Positions 1 through 9,098 of a DNA stretch of 64,000 nt are shown piece after piece. The DNA comes from an uncultured delta proteobacterium (GTDB lineage Bacteria > Myxococcota_A > Polyangia > Polyangiales > Polyangiaceae). The translations under genes were made by a program, and so were the position numbers. The stretch lies in NCBI GenBank assembly GCA_963716725.1, contig CAVQUB010000010.1:139873-203872 (forward strand), given 5' to 3'. Positions within the stretch are counted from its first letter, which is position 1, and each line of letters starts with the position of its first letter. The notes under the pieces are model-generated. The model saw only the letters and a list, made by a program, of their open reading frames with translations. It made no database searches and had not been told where the DNA came from.

Positions 1-2
1 GG

Positions 3-950
3 CAGCTCCAGTCCCCCTTCGAGCTGGCGGTCGAAGGCGAGGTCCCCGACACTCCGACCGCGATCCAGCTCGGGCGCTTCGACGCCGACGGCTCGCAGCG
101 CGACATCGCCGTGATCGGCGTCAACCAAAAGCAGAGGCGACTCTGGCTCGTGCCCACGACCGGCGACGCCGCGCTCTCGGTGAACACGACGACCTCCACG
201 GCGCTGCCCGCCGAGTTCGATCCCTGCGGCTCCTTCCTCGTGCCCATCGACGTCGGCGGAGGCCAGGACGACCTCTACCTCGTGGGGCGCGCGAAGCCAC
301 CGCAGTCCGGGACCCAGATCCTCGTCGCGAAGGCGGGCTCGGGGAAGTGGGAGATTGGCGCGCCGGTAATCCTGGACGACCTCATGATTGTCCCGCACTT
401 CATTCGCTACATCTTCTGCCGCGACACCGTTCTCGATTTCGACCTGCCGGACATTAGCGAGATCTTGGAGTCGAAAGTGACACACTTCGGTGACGTCGAG
501 GTGGCAGACCTCGATGGCGAGGGGCCCCGGGAGCTCGTCTTGCTTTCGTTCGAGGCGACTGAGTCCGAGGCAGCCCCCTTTGCAGCCAAGCTGGTGGTGC
601 TCCGCGGTGGCAACCTCGACGCTGCGTCGCGCATCGACATCGCCTTGCCCGCCGATCGGCATCCGTTCTCGTTCGCGATCCTCAACGCCGACGGCGATCC
701 GGAGCCGGAGATCGCCTATGTTTCACCGCAAGGCATCTACGTCGCGGACCTCGATCTCGAGGCCCGCACGCTCACCGACTTGACCACCGTGATGGACGTA
801 GCAAGTGCGCAGGGCGGGGCTTCGTCCTTCGGCGACAGCGCGCCGCTCAACATGGTGTCGGGCGACTTCAACGGTGACGGCATCGCGGACATCGCCATGG
901 CCTATCAGCTGTCCACGGACGTCTACTTCGGGAAGGCGGTGAACCCATGA
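3..950 (+). CDS. FG-GAP/VCBS-repeat (beta-propeller) extracellular protein, 5'-truncated by the window edge
   Basis: The frame of ORF 111..950 is open back to position 3. Repeated Ca-binding FG-GAP-like motifs: GRFDADG, VADLDGEG, NADGDPEPEI, GDFNGDGIADIA. The stop overlaps the next ATG (ATGA). Confidence 0.8.
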   Translation, partial: QLQSPFELAVEGEVPDTPTAIQLGRFDADGSQRDIAVIGVNQKQRRLWLVPTTGDAALSVNTTTSTALPAEFDPCGSFLVPIDVGGGQDDLYLVGRAKPPQSGTQILVAKAGSGKWEIGAPVILDDLMIVPHFIRYIFCRDTVLDFDLPDISEILESKVTHFGDVEVADLDGEGPRELVLLSFEATESEAAPFAAKLVVLRGGNLDAASRIDIALPADRHPFSFAILNADGDPEPEIAYVSPQGIYVADLDLEARTLTDLTTVMDVASAQGGASSFGDSAPLNMVSGDFNGDGIADIAMAYQLSTDVYFGKAVNP

Positions 951-2173
951 AGCGCACCGGGGCTCTGCTCGCGCTCGCGGCCGCGCTCTGGTCGGCGCCG
1001 GCTGCTGCGGACGAGGCGCGCACCTACTTCGACATCGGCGCCAAGGCCTATCAAGCGGGGCGCTACCTCGACGCCGCGCAGGCATTCGACGAGGCGTATC
1101 GTCGATCGACTCGGCCGGGCCTGCTGTTCTCCCTGGGACAGGCGCATCGCATGGAGTACTTCGCGCGCAACGACCCGGCGCGGCTCCGGGACGCGATCCG
1201 CTACTACGAGGAGTATCTGGCCAAGGAGCCCCAGGGCAAGCGCGTGGTCGAGACTACCGAGGCCCTCTCGAAGCTGAAGCCCCTCGCGGCGGCGGCTGGC
1301 GAGAAGCCGGATTCGCCGGTCGCGCCTGCGCCGCCGAGTAAGCCCCGCGTGATGATCTCATCGCCCACGCCGGACGTGAAGGTGACCTTCGATGGGCGCG
1401 CGGTGAGCCACCCCTTCATCCAGGAGGTCGAGCCCGGCAAACACAAGGTCGTGCTCAGCGCGCCGGGCTTCGAGGACTACGTGCGCGAGTTCGTGGTGGA
1501 CGCCAAGACCGGCGCTCCGCCCCTCGACATCCCGCTGGAAGAACGGCCCGCGATGCTCGTGATTCAAGCGCCCGACGGCGCCGAGGTCGCGATTGACGGC
1601 CGTCTGCAGGGAGTCACGCCCTTGCCCCCGCTGCCCGTGGCCTCGGGCCGACACTTCGTGTCCGTCACCATGAACGGCAAGAAGGCGTTCTCCGAGAGCG
1701 TCGTGCTGAAGCGCGGGCAGAGAAAGAACCTCCCGGCGGGCCTCGAGAGCACAGGTCAGCGCACGGCGTCGTGGGTCCTGATGGGGATCGGCACCGGGGG
1801 ACTGGTGGCGGGCGGTGTGCTCGCTGCCCTGGCCTTGAACGAGCAGAACAAAGCAGAGGATCTGCTGGCCGCGACGAAGGGCCCCGGAAGCCAGGCGCCG
1901 GACACCATCGCTCGATACGATGAGCGCCGTGGGAACCGCGACGACTACCGAATGGCGGCCGTCATCACCGCGGCCGCGGGTGCCGGCGTGGGAACCCTCG
2001 GGCTGATGCTCTACGCTTTCGATCCGGCCAAGGCGCCGCTGCCTCCAGCCGAAGAGGCAGTCCCTGGTCAACCCAAGACGCCCGGCGGTCCCACGGCTCC
2101 GAGCATGGAGATCTCACTCGCGCCGCTGTGGGCGCCGGGCTTTGGCGGCGGCAGTGTGATTGGTCGGTTCTGA
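947..2173 (+). CDS. Secreted TPR + PEGA domain protein
   Basis: Signal peptide, TPR-like helices (YLDAAQAFDEAY..LLFSLGQAHR), two PEGA-like units (EVEPGKHKVVLSAPGF; GAEVAIDG..GVTPL), two Gly-rich hydrophobic segments, C-terminal ..SVIGRF. Confidence 0.8.
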   Translation: MKRTGALLALAAALWSAPAAADEARTYFDIGAKAYQAGRYLDAAQAFDEAYRRSTRPGLLFSLGQAHRMEYFARNDPARLRDAIRYYEEYLAKEPQGKRVVETTEALSKLKPLAAAAGEKPDSPVAPAPPSKPRVMISSPTPDVKVTFDGRAVSHPFIQEVEPGKHKVVLSAPGFEDYVREFVVDAKTGAPPLDIPLEERPAMLVIQAPDGAEVAIDGRLQGVTPLPPLPVASGRHFVSVTMNGKKAFSESVVLKRGQRKNLPAGLESTGQRTASWVLMGIGTGGLVAGGVLAALALNEQNKAEDLLAATKGPGSQAPDTIARYDERRGNRDDYRMAAVITAAAGAGVGTLGLMLYAFDPAKAPLPPAEEAVPGQPKTPGGPTAPSMEISLAPLWAPGFGGGSVIGRF

Positions 2174-2197
2174 ACGCGAGCTTGCCGGCTGCTTCTG

Positions 2198-2956
2198 CTA
2201 GCCGCCGGGGCAGGTCACCTGCAGGTTGCCCGCGGAGTCCGCCTTGCACATGTCGCCGCAGGACTCGCTCTTCAAACACGCGCAGCTCGGGCTCGAGCCG
2301 CAAGCTGTGGGGAGGGCTTTGCACGCAAACTCGTTGGGGTAGCCGCCGACATCGGAGATCGCCATCTGACAGTACTGTTGGCCGATGGTGCAGAAGATGG
2401 GACCACAGCCGAACATGCCCTGAGGAGCCGGGCAGCCGCCTTCGGCGGAGACGTCCTGTCCTCCCGATTGGCCCGCACAAGCGTTCCCTGCTTGCTGGCC
2501 GTCGCAGGTGCAGACCGGCGCGTAAAGCAGGTCGCAGCCTTGGGGGCGCTGCTTGCACGCACCCGGCGAGCCGGCGCCGCAGAGGTTGTCCGGGTAGTCG
2601 CACCACTCGCTGGCAGCGCAGGGTTGGCTGGGCGAGCAGGTGGTGCTGGCCGAGCAGATCCCGGTCGGCGGCCAAGAAGCGCCGGTCGGGCACTCGGGGT
2701 TGTTCGGCGTGGGGCAGATCGGAGCGACCGGGTTGCCCTTGGCGTCGCAGCACGGGACGAGGCTCTCGCAGGTGCCGCCCCCGCCGCCCGTCCCGCCGCC
2801 CGTCCCGCCGCCGATTCCACCGGTGCTGCCGCCGGTGCCGCCGCCGGCTTGACCGCCGGTATTCGCGCCGTCGCTGTCGGTCGAACCGCCGCAGCCGACG
2901 GCGAGCACAGCGAGCAGAGTGAAGGTCGAGAGCAGAGCTCGGGTCATGCCCGGCAT
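2198..2956 (-). CDS. Cys-rich lipoprotein with Kazal-like module
   Basis: Lipobox LAVGC, Gly/Thr linker, Kazal-like CDLLYAPVCTCDG..NAC. The start could be 2947, 2956 or 2965. Confidence 0.7.
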   Translation of the reverse strand: MPGMTRALLSTFTLLAVLAVGCGGSTDSDGANTGGQAGGGTGGSTGGIGGGTGGGTGGGGGTCESLVPCCDAKGNPVAPICPTPNNPECPTGASWPPTGICSASTTCSPSQPCAASEWCDYPDNLCGAGSPGACKQRPQGCDLLYAPVCTCDGQQAGNACAGQSGGQDVSAEGGCPAPQGMFGCGPIFCTIGQQYCQMAISDVGGYPNEFACKALPTACGSSPSCACLKSESCGDMCKADSAGNLQVTCPGG

Positions 2957-3042
2957 CGTTTGCAACTCATGTTCCAGGCGGTGGTGGCGAACAAACGCCG
3001 AAAAACCTCAGGGGCCTGTGCCGCGCTGTGCCAGGTCCCGGA

Positions 3043-4950
3043 TCACTTCTTCGCGCAGTTCGGGCACATCGGCTCGCTGTCGGCCTCGTCCACGCAGATG
3101 AGGTCCCACTTGCCGGTGCTGCTGTTGCAGCAGAACTTGTCCTTGGCGCACACGACCTTCGTGCACTCGCTGCAGGTCTCGGCGAGGGCCACGCCGGTCA
3201 CGCACTCGCTGTGGGTACCGCAGGCGTCCTTGGCGCAGGCCCCACCGCATTCGGGCTTGATGGTCGGGTCCTTGAGCACGTAGTCGACGCATTTCTGGGA
3301 CCACTGGCCGTTCTGGGCGTCGCAACACGATGGATCGTGGTTGCAGACGGCCAAGGTGCAGGTGGTGCACGACTTTTTCATGGCCGCGCCCGTCTCGCAC
3401 GGCGTGTGGGAGGTGCAGGCCGGATCCTGGCAGGGGCTCGCGCAGATGGCCGCGACCTCGGCCACACAGAGATCGTCCCAGCCCTTGGTGCAGCAGAAGC
3501 TGTCGACGGCGCAGATCGCCGCTTCACAGACGCCGCACTTGGGATCGAGGGCGTCGCCCGTGGTGCACTTGTCGTGCCCGCAGTTGCCGCTGGTGGTGGT
3601 GGTGCCCCCGCTGCCGGCACCGCAGCCGTCGAGGGGGTTGGCGCAGGGCAGGCAGACGCCGTAACCACCCGCCACCTCCTGGCACTGCATGTGGAGCTGG
3701 TGCTTCTTGTCCTTGCCGAACAGGTAATCCATCAAGAACGCGCCGGCGATCTGCATCAGGGGGTCGCCCTTGAACAAGCTGCTGACGAGCGGGTCGAGCT
3801 CGATGGGCTTGCAGTCTGCGTCGTCGTTGCAGGGCACGCAGACGCCGCACTTCTTGTCGCCGATGATCTCGATGCTGGCGCAGGCATTCATCGGGAATTT
3901 CTGAATCGCGTCTTGGATCTTGACCTTCTTGATGCCCAGGTTGATTTCGGGGCCACCGACCAGATCCCGGATGATCTTGCCGATGTTCACGTCCATGCTC
4001 ACGCCGGCGCAGTTGGCGTCGCCCGAGCAGGTGTTGGTCACTCCGTCGAAAGGAGCCGGCAAGACGGCACCCGACGAGAGCAAGTCCGTGCAGCCCGTGG
4101 CCGGGTGCGTGCACGTGCCGTGCGTCCCGCCGTTGACCGGGAACTTGCACTTCCAGGTCTCGTTCGAGCTGGTATTGCCGCAGCCGTAACACTCGGCGTC
4201 GGTCTTGCAGTCAGCGCCCTCGCCGCCGGCGGAGCCGCAGGGCTTGATGCACTTCCCTCCCGAGCACTCCATGCCGGTCACGCAGGCCTTGGTGGGCGAG
4301 CACTCCGAGCAGACGTGGTTGTTGCACGCGAAAGCCTGCACGCCGCCGACCTCGCACTTGCCGCAGTCGCTGTCCTGCGAGCAGTTGGTCGGGCATTTGT
4401 CTTCGCAGGTGCCCGTCGCGCCGCAGCCCTGGTTGCCGGTACACGAGGAGGCATTGCCGCCGACGCAGGCCACGCACTTGTTGGTGCCCGTGTCGCAGAT
4501 CTGGTGCATCGGATCGCAGGCGGCGCAGTCGGCGTCCTTCTGGCACGAGATCGTCGGGGTGCCGGTGGAGTCCGCGGGGCAGGTCAGCTCTTCCGGCGCG
4601 CAGGTGCCGAAGCCCGTGCACTGCTCACCGGCCTTGCAGTCACTCTTGCTCTTGCACGCGATGCAGCGTGTGTTCGGGATGTCGCAGATCGTGCGACCGT
4701 AGGAACAACCCTCGCACTCGGCGTTCGAGTGGCAATTGTTCAAGAGGCACATGCCCGAGCCGAAGGCGCCGCCGCCGGCGGCGCCGCCCAGCCCGCTGTC
4801 GTCTCCCCCGCTGCCCCCGCTCCCGCCGCCGCCGCCGTTGGAGGGGGGGCCGCTGCCGTCGCTGTCGCCGCCGCAGCCGGGCAGCGCCGCAGCGAGGGCC
4901 AGGCCCGCAGCGAGAGTGGTGGCCAACACGCCCTTCAAAGACAAAGCCAT
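3043..4950 (-). CDS. Large Cys-rich lipoprotein (paralog 1) with three C-terminal ..VC..D.FCC...WD..CV modules
   Basis: 635-aa ORF, lipobox LPGC, Gly linker, very high Cys content, collinear with 5085..6953. Confidence 0.8.
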   Translation of the reverse strand: MALSLKGVLATTLAAGLALAAALPGCGGDSDGSGPPSNGGGGGSGGSGGDDSGLGGAAGGGAFGSGMCLLNNCHSNAECEGCSYGRTICDIPNTRCIACKSKSDCKAGEQCTGFGTCAPEELTCPADSTGTPTISCQKDADCAACDPMHQICDTGTNKCVACVGGNASSCTGNQGCGATGTCEDKCPTNCSQDSDCGKCEVGGVQAFACNNHVCSECSPTKACVTGMECSGGKCIKPCGSAGGEGADCKTDAECYGCGNTSSNETWKCKFPVNGGTHGTCTHPATGCTDLLSSGAVLPAPFDGVTNTCSGDANCAGVSMDVNIGKIIRDLVGGPEINLGIKKVKIQDAIQKFPMNACASIEIIGDKKCGVCVPCNDDADCKPIELDPLVSSLFKGDPLMQIAGAFLMDYLFGKDKKHQLHMQCQEVAGGYGVCLPCANPLDGCGAGSGGTTTTSGNCGHDKCTTGDALDPKCGVCEAAICAVDSFCCTKGWDDLCVAEVAAICASPCQDPACTSHTPCETGAAMKKSCTTCTLAVCNHDPSCCDAQNGQWSQKCVDYVLKDPTIKPECGGACAKDACGTHSECVTGVALAETCSECTKVVCAKDKFCCNSSTGKWDLICVDEADSEPMCPNCAKK

Positions 4951-5084
4951 GCTGGGAGGATAGCAGAGACGGCTCGGCGCGCGCGCCTCCCGCTTGGCCC
5001 CGAGAGCCGCGGTCCGGCCCCCCTCGCGGTCGGCGAGAGGGGCTTCTTCGTTGCCGCGACGGGCTCAGGCCCGCCGCGCGCCCG

Positions 5085-6953
5085 TCACGGACAGGTGCAG
5101 CCGGTCGTGGTCTTGGCCTTGGTGACGCACATGCTGTCCCAGGAGGTGCTGCAGCAGAACGCGTCGGCCGCGCAGACGTTCGTCGCGCAGGTGGAGCAGG
5201 TCTTGACCAGCGGGCCGCCCGTGGAGCACTCGCTGTGTGCGCAACCCGTGCCGCAGGCCGAGGCGCAGGCCGTCTCGGCTTTGGACTCGGTCACGCACTG
5301 GCTATCCCACTTGTTGTCACAGCAGAAGGCGTCCTTGTCGCAGACCGCCTTGGTGCACGCGCTGCAAGTCGGGCTCAGCGCCTTGCCTTCGGTGCAGGGC
5401 GTGTGGTCGCAGGTCGTGGTGCCCCCACCGGAGCAGCCGTTCGGGCAATATTTGTCGACGGCCTTGATACAGATGTCGTCCCACGCGGTCGTGCAGCAGT
5501 ACGAGTCGTGCTTGCAGACCTCGGAGGCGCAAGAGTCGCAGCTCTCTTTGAGCGGGCCACCCTTCTCGCAGACCTTGTGGTCGCACGAGCCGGTGCCGCC
5601 CCCGGTGGTCTGGCCGCAGGCCTTCAGTGGGTTCGAGCAGGGCATGCAGACGCCGTAGCCCGCCGCCACGTTCAGACACTGGAAGTGCAGGCTGTGGTCC
5701 TTCTCGGAGCCGTACAGCACCTCGAGCAGGAGCTTGCCGGCGATCTGCACCAGCGGATCGCCCTTGAACAGGTCGAACGAGACCTTGTCCATGTCGATCT
5801 TCTGGCAATCCGAGTCGGCCTTGCAGGGCACGCAGACGCCGCACTTGACGTCGTTGATCAGGTTGATGCTCGCGCACTTCGGCATGCCGTACTTGACGAG
5901 GGAGTCCTGGATCTTGATCTTCTTGCCGAAGACGTCGATTTCTGGCCCCCCCACCAGATCACGCACCAGCTGGCCGACGTTGTACTCGATGCCGACCCCG
6001 GCGCAGTTCGTGTCCGTGGAGCAGAGGTTGGTCACCTTGTCGTAGGGGGGCGGCAAGACGGCGCCCTGACCCAGATCCGAGCACCCCGTGGCCGGCGCAG
6101 CGCAGACTCCGTGCAGCCCGCCGTTGAGCGGCAGCTTGCAGTCCCACTTCGGCGCCGTCGTATTGGTCGGATCGCCGCAGCCTTCGCAGTCGGCCTTACC
6201 GTTGCAGGTGCCGGCGGCTTGGCCCGGGATGCCACAGGGCTTGATGCAGGTGCCCTTCTGGCAGACGAAGCCAGCGGCGCATGCGTAGGTGTCGGAGCAC
6301 TCCGCGCACTTGTGGTTGTAACAAGCCTTGGCCTTCTTGCCGGCGGTGTACTCGCAACGCATGCAGTCGTTGTTGGTCGTGCAGCTGTCGGGACACTTGT
6401 GGGAGCACTTGTTGTCCACGCAGATGTCCGACTCGGAACACTGGCTCGTGTTGGTGTCGGTACAGGCGACGCACTTGCTCTTGGCGGCGTCGCAGATCTG
6501 GTGCATCGGGTCGCAGGCGGCGCAGTCCGCGTTCGACTTGCAGGTGACGGTTGGCTCACCGTTGGCGTCCGCCGGGCAGGTCTGGCCCGTCGGCGCGCAG
6601 GTCCCGAACGACGTGCACTCTTGCCCCGCAGGGCAGCCTTGGCCGGTCGACGGGTCGCAGGCGACGCAGCGGTTCTCGGAGACCTTGCACTTGTTGCGGC
6701 CGGAGGTGCAGCCGGAGCAGTCGGCATCCGAGCTGCAATTGTTCAAGAGGCAGACATTCGACGAGCCGCCGGATCCCCCGGCGCCGCCCAGGCTGCCGCC
6801 GGAGCCCCCGGTGTTTCCCGTGTTTCCGGAGCCGCCAGCGCCCCCGGGGCTGCTGGCGTCGTCGTCGCCGCCGCAGGCCGGAGCGAGAGTGATCGGAATG
6901 GCCACGGCACAGGCCGCAATGAACAAGCCCTTGAGGCGATGGATGAAAGACAC
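5085..6953 (-). CDS. Large Cys-rich lipoprotein (paralog 2)
   Basis: GTG at 6953 is preceded by a GAGGAGG RBS. Lipobox APAC. Shares blocks with paralog 1 (CLLNNC, DCAACDPMHQICD, RDLVGGPEI, LFKGDPL.QIAG). Confidence 0.8.
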   Translation of the reverse strand: MSFIHRLKGLFIAACAVAIPITLAPACGGDDDASSPGGAGGSGNTGNTGGSGGSLGGAGGSGGSSNVCLLNNCSSDADCSGCTSGRNKCKVSENRCVACDPSTGQGCPAGQECTSFGTCAPTGQTCPADANGEPTVTCKSNADCAACDPMHQICDAAKSKCVACTDTNTSQCSESDICVDNKCSHKCPDSCTTNNDCMRCEYTAGKKAKACYNHKCAECSDTYACAAGFVCQKGTCIKPCGIPGQAAGTCNGKADCEGCGDPTNTTAPKWDCKLPLNGGLHGVCAAPATGCSDLGQGAVLPPPYDKVTNLCSTDTNCAGVGIEYNVGQLVRDLVGGPEIDVFGKKIKIQDSLVKYGMPKCASINLINDVKCGVCVPCKADSDCQKIDMDKVSFDLFKGDPLVQIAGKLLLEVLYGSEKDHSLHFQCLNVAAGYGVCMPCSNPLKACGQTTGGGTGSCDHKVCEKGGPLKESCDSCASEVCKHDSYCCTTAWDDICIKAVDKYCPNGCSGGGTTTCDHTPCTEGKALSPTCSACTKAVCDKDAFCCDNKWDSQCVTESKAETACASACGTGCAHSECSTGGPLVKTCSTCATNVCAADAFCCSTSWDSMCVTKAKTTTGCTCP

Positions 6954-7121
6954 GGGAGCCTCCTCTGAGATGCTAAGCCGAGCCGTCAGGATAGCTAACC
7001 CCGACGACAAAGGAAAACCGCGCGCGGTGTACACCCAGGGCCCCAGCCCTGCAACCGCCGCGGGGGGCGCATGTGGGTCCCTCGGTGCCTGTTCGAGCCG
7101 AGGGCGGTTTGCTGCTGAAAA

Positions 7122-8549
7122 TCACTTCAGGCGGTAGACGACCTCGGAGCCCACCAACAGGTCGTGGGCCGCGCGTTTGTCGGACTGAAAGGCCGCCAAG
7201 GCGAGGCCCGCCGCGTACAGCAGGCTCAGGAGCACGTTCCCCAGAGCAACCGCCAGGACCAAGCCCTTGAAGGCGTCGACGTCCGTGAGCTGGATTTGCC
7301 GGATGGCGAGCTGCAACCCGCCGCGCCCCTCAGTCAGTAAAATCACGAGTCCGGCGAAGAACGGCAGCCACATGCTGGCCACGGTCCGCAACAGCGAACG
7401 CCCGACGCCCAGAGGACCTCCGTCAAGGCCCCGCACCCGTAGATTCATCAGCGCCTTGCCTAGGGTCTGTCCGCGAGTGGCGTGCGCGGCGGTGACGTAG
7501 GCCAAGTGCAAGAACAAACCTGGCAGACCCAAGAGGCCGATGACCAGACTCGCGAGAGCGACGTCGATGCCCACCGCGGCGCCGCGGACCCAGAAACCGC
7601 CGAAGCGCACCTTTTCGGGCGCGGCGGCGTCGAGCGCGGCGAGCAGGTCGTCGTAGCTCGGGAAGCGGTCATCGGGCGCCTTGGCCATCAAGCGCTCGAT
7701 GATCGATGCCAGGGGCTTCGGCGTGTCCGGGGAGGCGCTGGCGAGCTTGGGCGGCGGCTCGGTCAGATGCTTGCTGATGACCGCCACCGGCGTCTTGGCG
7801 TCGAAGGGCGGCTTGCCGGAGAGCAGGTGATAAAAGGTGCATCCGACCGAGTACATGTCCGCCCGGTGATCGATTTCGTCGCCTTTCGCTTGCTCCGGCG
7901 CCATGTAGAGCGGGCTGCCGACGACGGCGCCGTCGCGAGTGATCTTCGAGTCGGTGCCTCCAACGGGTTTCGCCACTCCGAAATCGGCGATCTTGACCGA
8001 GCCGTGCTTGTCGATCAGGAGGTTGCTCGGTTTGATGTCGCGGTGGATGATGCCCGCCGTCTGCGCGTCGCGCAGGCCGCGCGCCACCTGAATCATCAGC
8101 GCGCGGGCCCGTTCCGGCGCGATGCGCTCGTGGCGTTCGACGAAGCTCTCGAGATCCCCGCCGTCGACCAGTTCCATGGCGAAGAAGAGCGAGGTCTTCC
8201 CGCTCTCGTCCGCGGCGGGCGTTCGACCGATGTAGTAGATGTGTGCGACGTGCGGGGAGTTGAGTCGCGCCTGCGCCCGCGCTTCTCGCAAGAACCGCTC
8301 TTGGAGCTCGCCGCTCTCCGCGAGATCGTGGGGCAACACCTTGATGGCGACCCGGCGGTCCAGGGAGCGATCGTGCCCCGAATACACCGCGCCCATGCCG
8401 CCGCTGCCCAGGGGTTTGTCGACGTCGAAGTGGTCGAAGCGCTTTCCTACCCAGCGTCGGATGTCCGCGCTGGGTGGCTTGGATGTTGCGCGCGGACCAC
8501 TCTCGTCGAGCAGTGTGGTCTCGAATGCGTCAGCCCCTTGGACGCTCAT
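7122..8549 (-). CDS. Ser/Thr protein kinase fused to a C-terminal RDD-family membrane domain
   Basis: Kinase motifs LGSGGMGAVY, VAIK, HRDIKPSN, DFG, YMAPE. RDD hallmarks GFWVRGAAVGID, GQTLGK, KRAAHDLLVGS. Confidence 0.88.
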   Translation of the reverse strand: MSVQGADAFETTLLDESGPRATSKPPSADIRRWVGKRFDHFDVDKPLGSGGMGAVYSGHDRSLDRRVAIKVLPHDLAESGELQERFLREARAQARLNSPHVAHIYYIGRTPAADESGKTSLFFAMELVDGGDLESFVERHERIAPERARALMIQVARGLRDAQTAGIIHRDIKPSNLLIDKHGSVKIADFGVAKPVGGTDSKITRDGAVVGSPLYMAPEQAKGDEIDHRADMYSVGCTFYHLLSGKPPFDAKTPVAVISKHLTEPPPKLASASPDTPKPLASIIERLMAKAPDDRFPSYDDLLAALDAAAPEKVRFGGFWVRGAAVGIDVALASLVIGLLGLPGLFLHLAYVTAAHATRGQTLGKALMNLRVRGLDGGPLGVGRSLLRTVASMWLPFFAGLVILLTEGRGGLQLAIRQIQLTDVDAFKGLVLAVALGNVLLSLLYAAGLALAAFQSDKRAAHDLLVGSEVVYRLK

Positions 8550-8645
8550 CACGGATCCCTTGGACAATGTTCCCACCACGGGGGGCCAGGAGCAATGCTC
8601 GTGCCAGAGCCAGCTGCGAACGCGGGGACGCAGCCGGCGAGGCGG

Positions 8646-9065
8646 CTAGTACGGACTCGCTCCGAAGGCATCTCGCAGCCGATCCTCGACGCTCGGGTTC
8701 GGGCTGGGCAGACCGATGCGCAACGTGATGGTCGTGTCGTCGCCCCACGGCCACCAGAGCCCATACACGATGGCGCCGCCGCTGGAGTTCGTAGAGAAAA
8801 TCCACTGGTCGGCGCGGACTCCGCCGGTCTTCTCGGCGATCTGCTGCACCAAGGGCGGGGCCGTTCCCAGCGTGCGGTGGTTCCAGCGGCCAGGGAAGGT
8901 GATCGCCAGAGCCCCGTTGGCCTCCTCGACGAGCTCCACCGAAAACGCGGAAGCGACGCAGGAGAAACGCGAATCCCAGCTCCAGCCCCGCTTGGGCCAC
9001 TTGGCGCGGAACTCGGCAAGCTGCGACAAGAGGGGGTCGAAGGCGGTGTTCGATCGCTGGTTCAT
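8646..9065 (-). CDS. Hypothetical protein (Trp-rich, about 139 aa)
   Basis: ATG at 9065, ordinary globular composition, fills the gap between neighbouring genes. Confidence 0.65.
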   Translation of the reverse strand: MNQRSNTAFDPLLSQLAEFRAKWPKRGWSWDSRFSCVASAFSVELVEEANGALAITFPGRWNHRTLGTAPPLVQQIAEKTGGVRADQWIFSTNSSGGAIVYGLWWPWGDDTTITLRIGLPSPNPSVEDRLRDAFGASPY

Positions 9066-9098
9066 TCGCGTCCCGCAGCGTAGCCCGGACCGGGGTGG

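Noticed and set aside
2770..2850. Short GC-rich tandem repeats (also about 4770-4840, 30190-30310, 34240-34345)
   Set aside because: They encode the Gly/Thr/Ser linkers typical of myxobacterial lipoproteins and are not independent elements.
3028..5658. Long antisense/alternate-frame ORFs (e.g. 3028..5658 +, 4668..6968 +, 31952..33943 +, 43600..45723 +)
   Set aside because: These are shadow ORFs expected opposite real genes in high-GC3 DNA. They have Arg/Ala/Gly-rich composition with no recognisable motifs.
2198..6953. Cys-rich proteins as multiheme cytochromes (ccmB and cyoE are in the window)
   Set aside because: There are many CxxC pairs but no repeated CxxCH motifs. The pattern fits disulfide-rich extracellular proteins.
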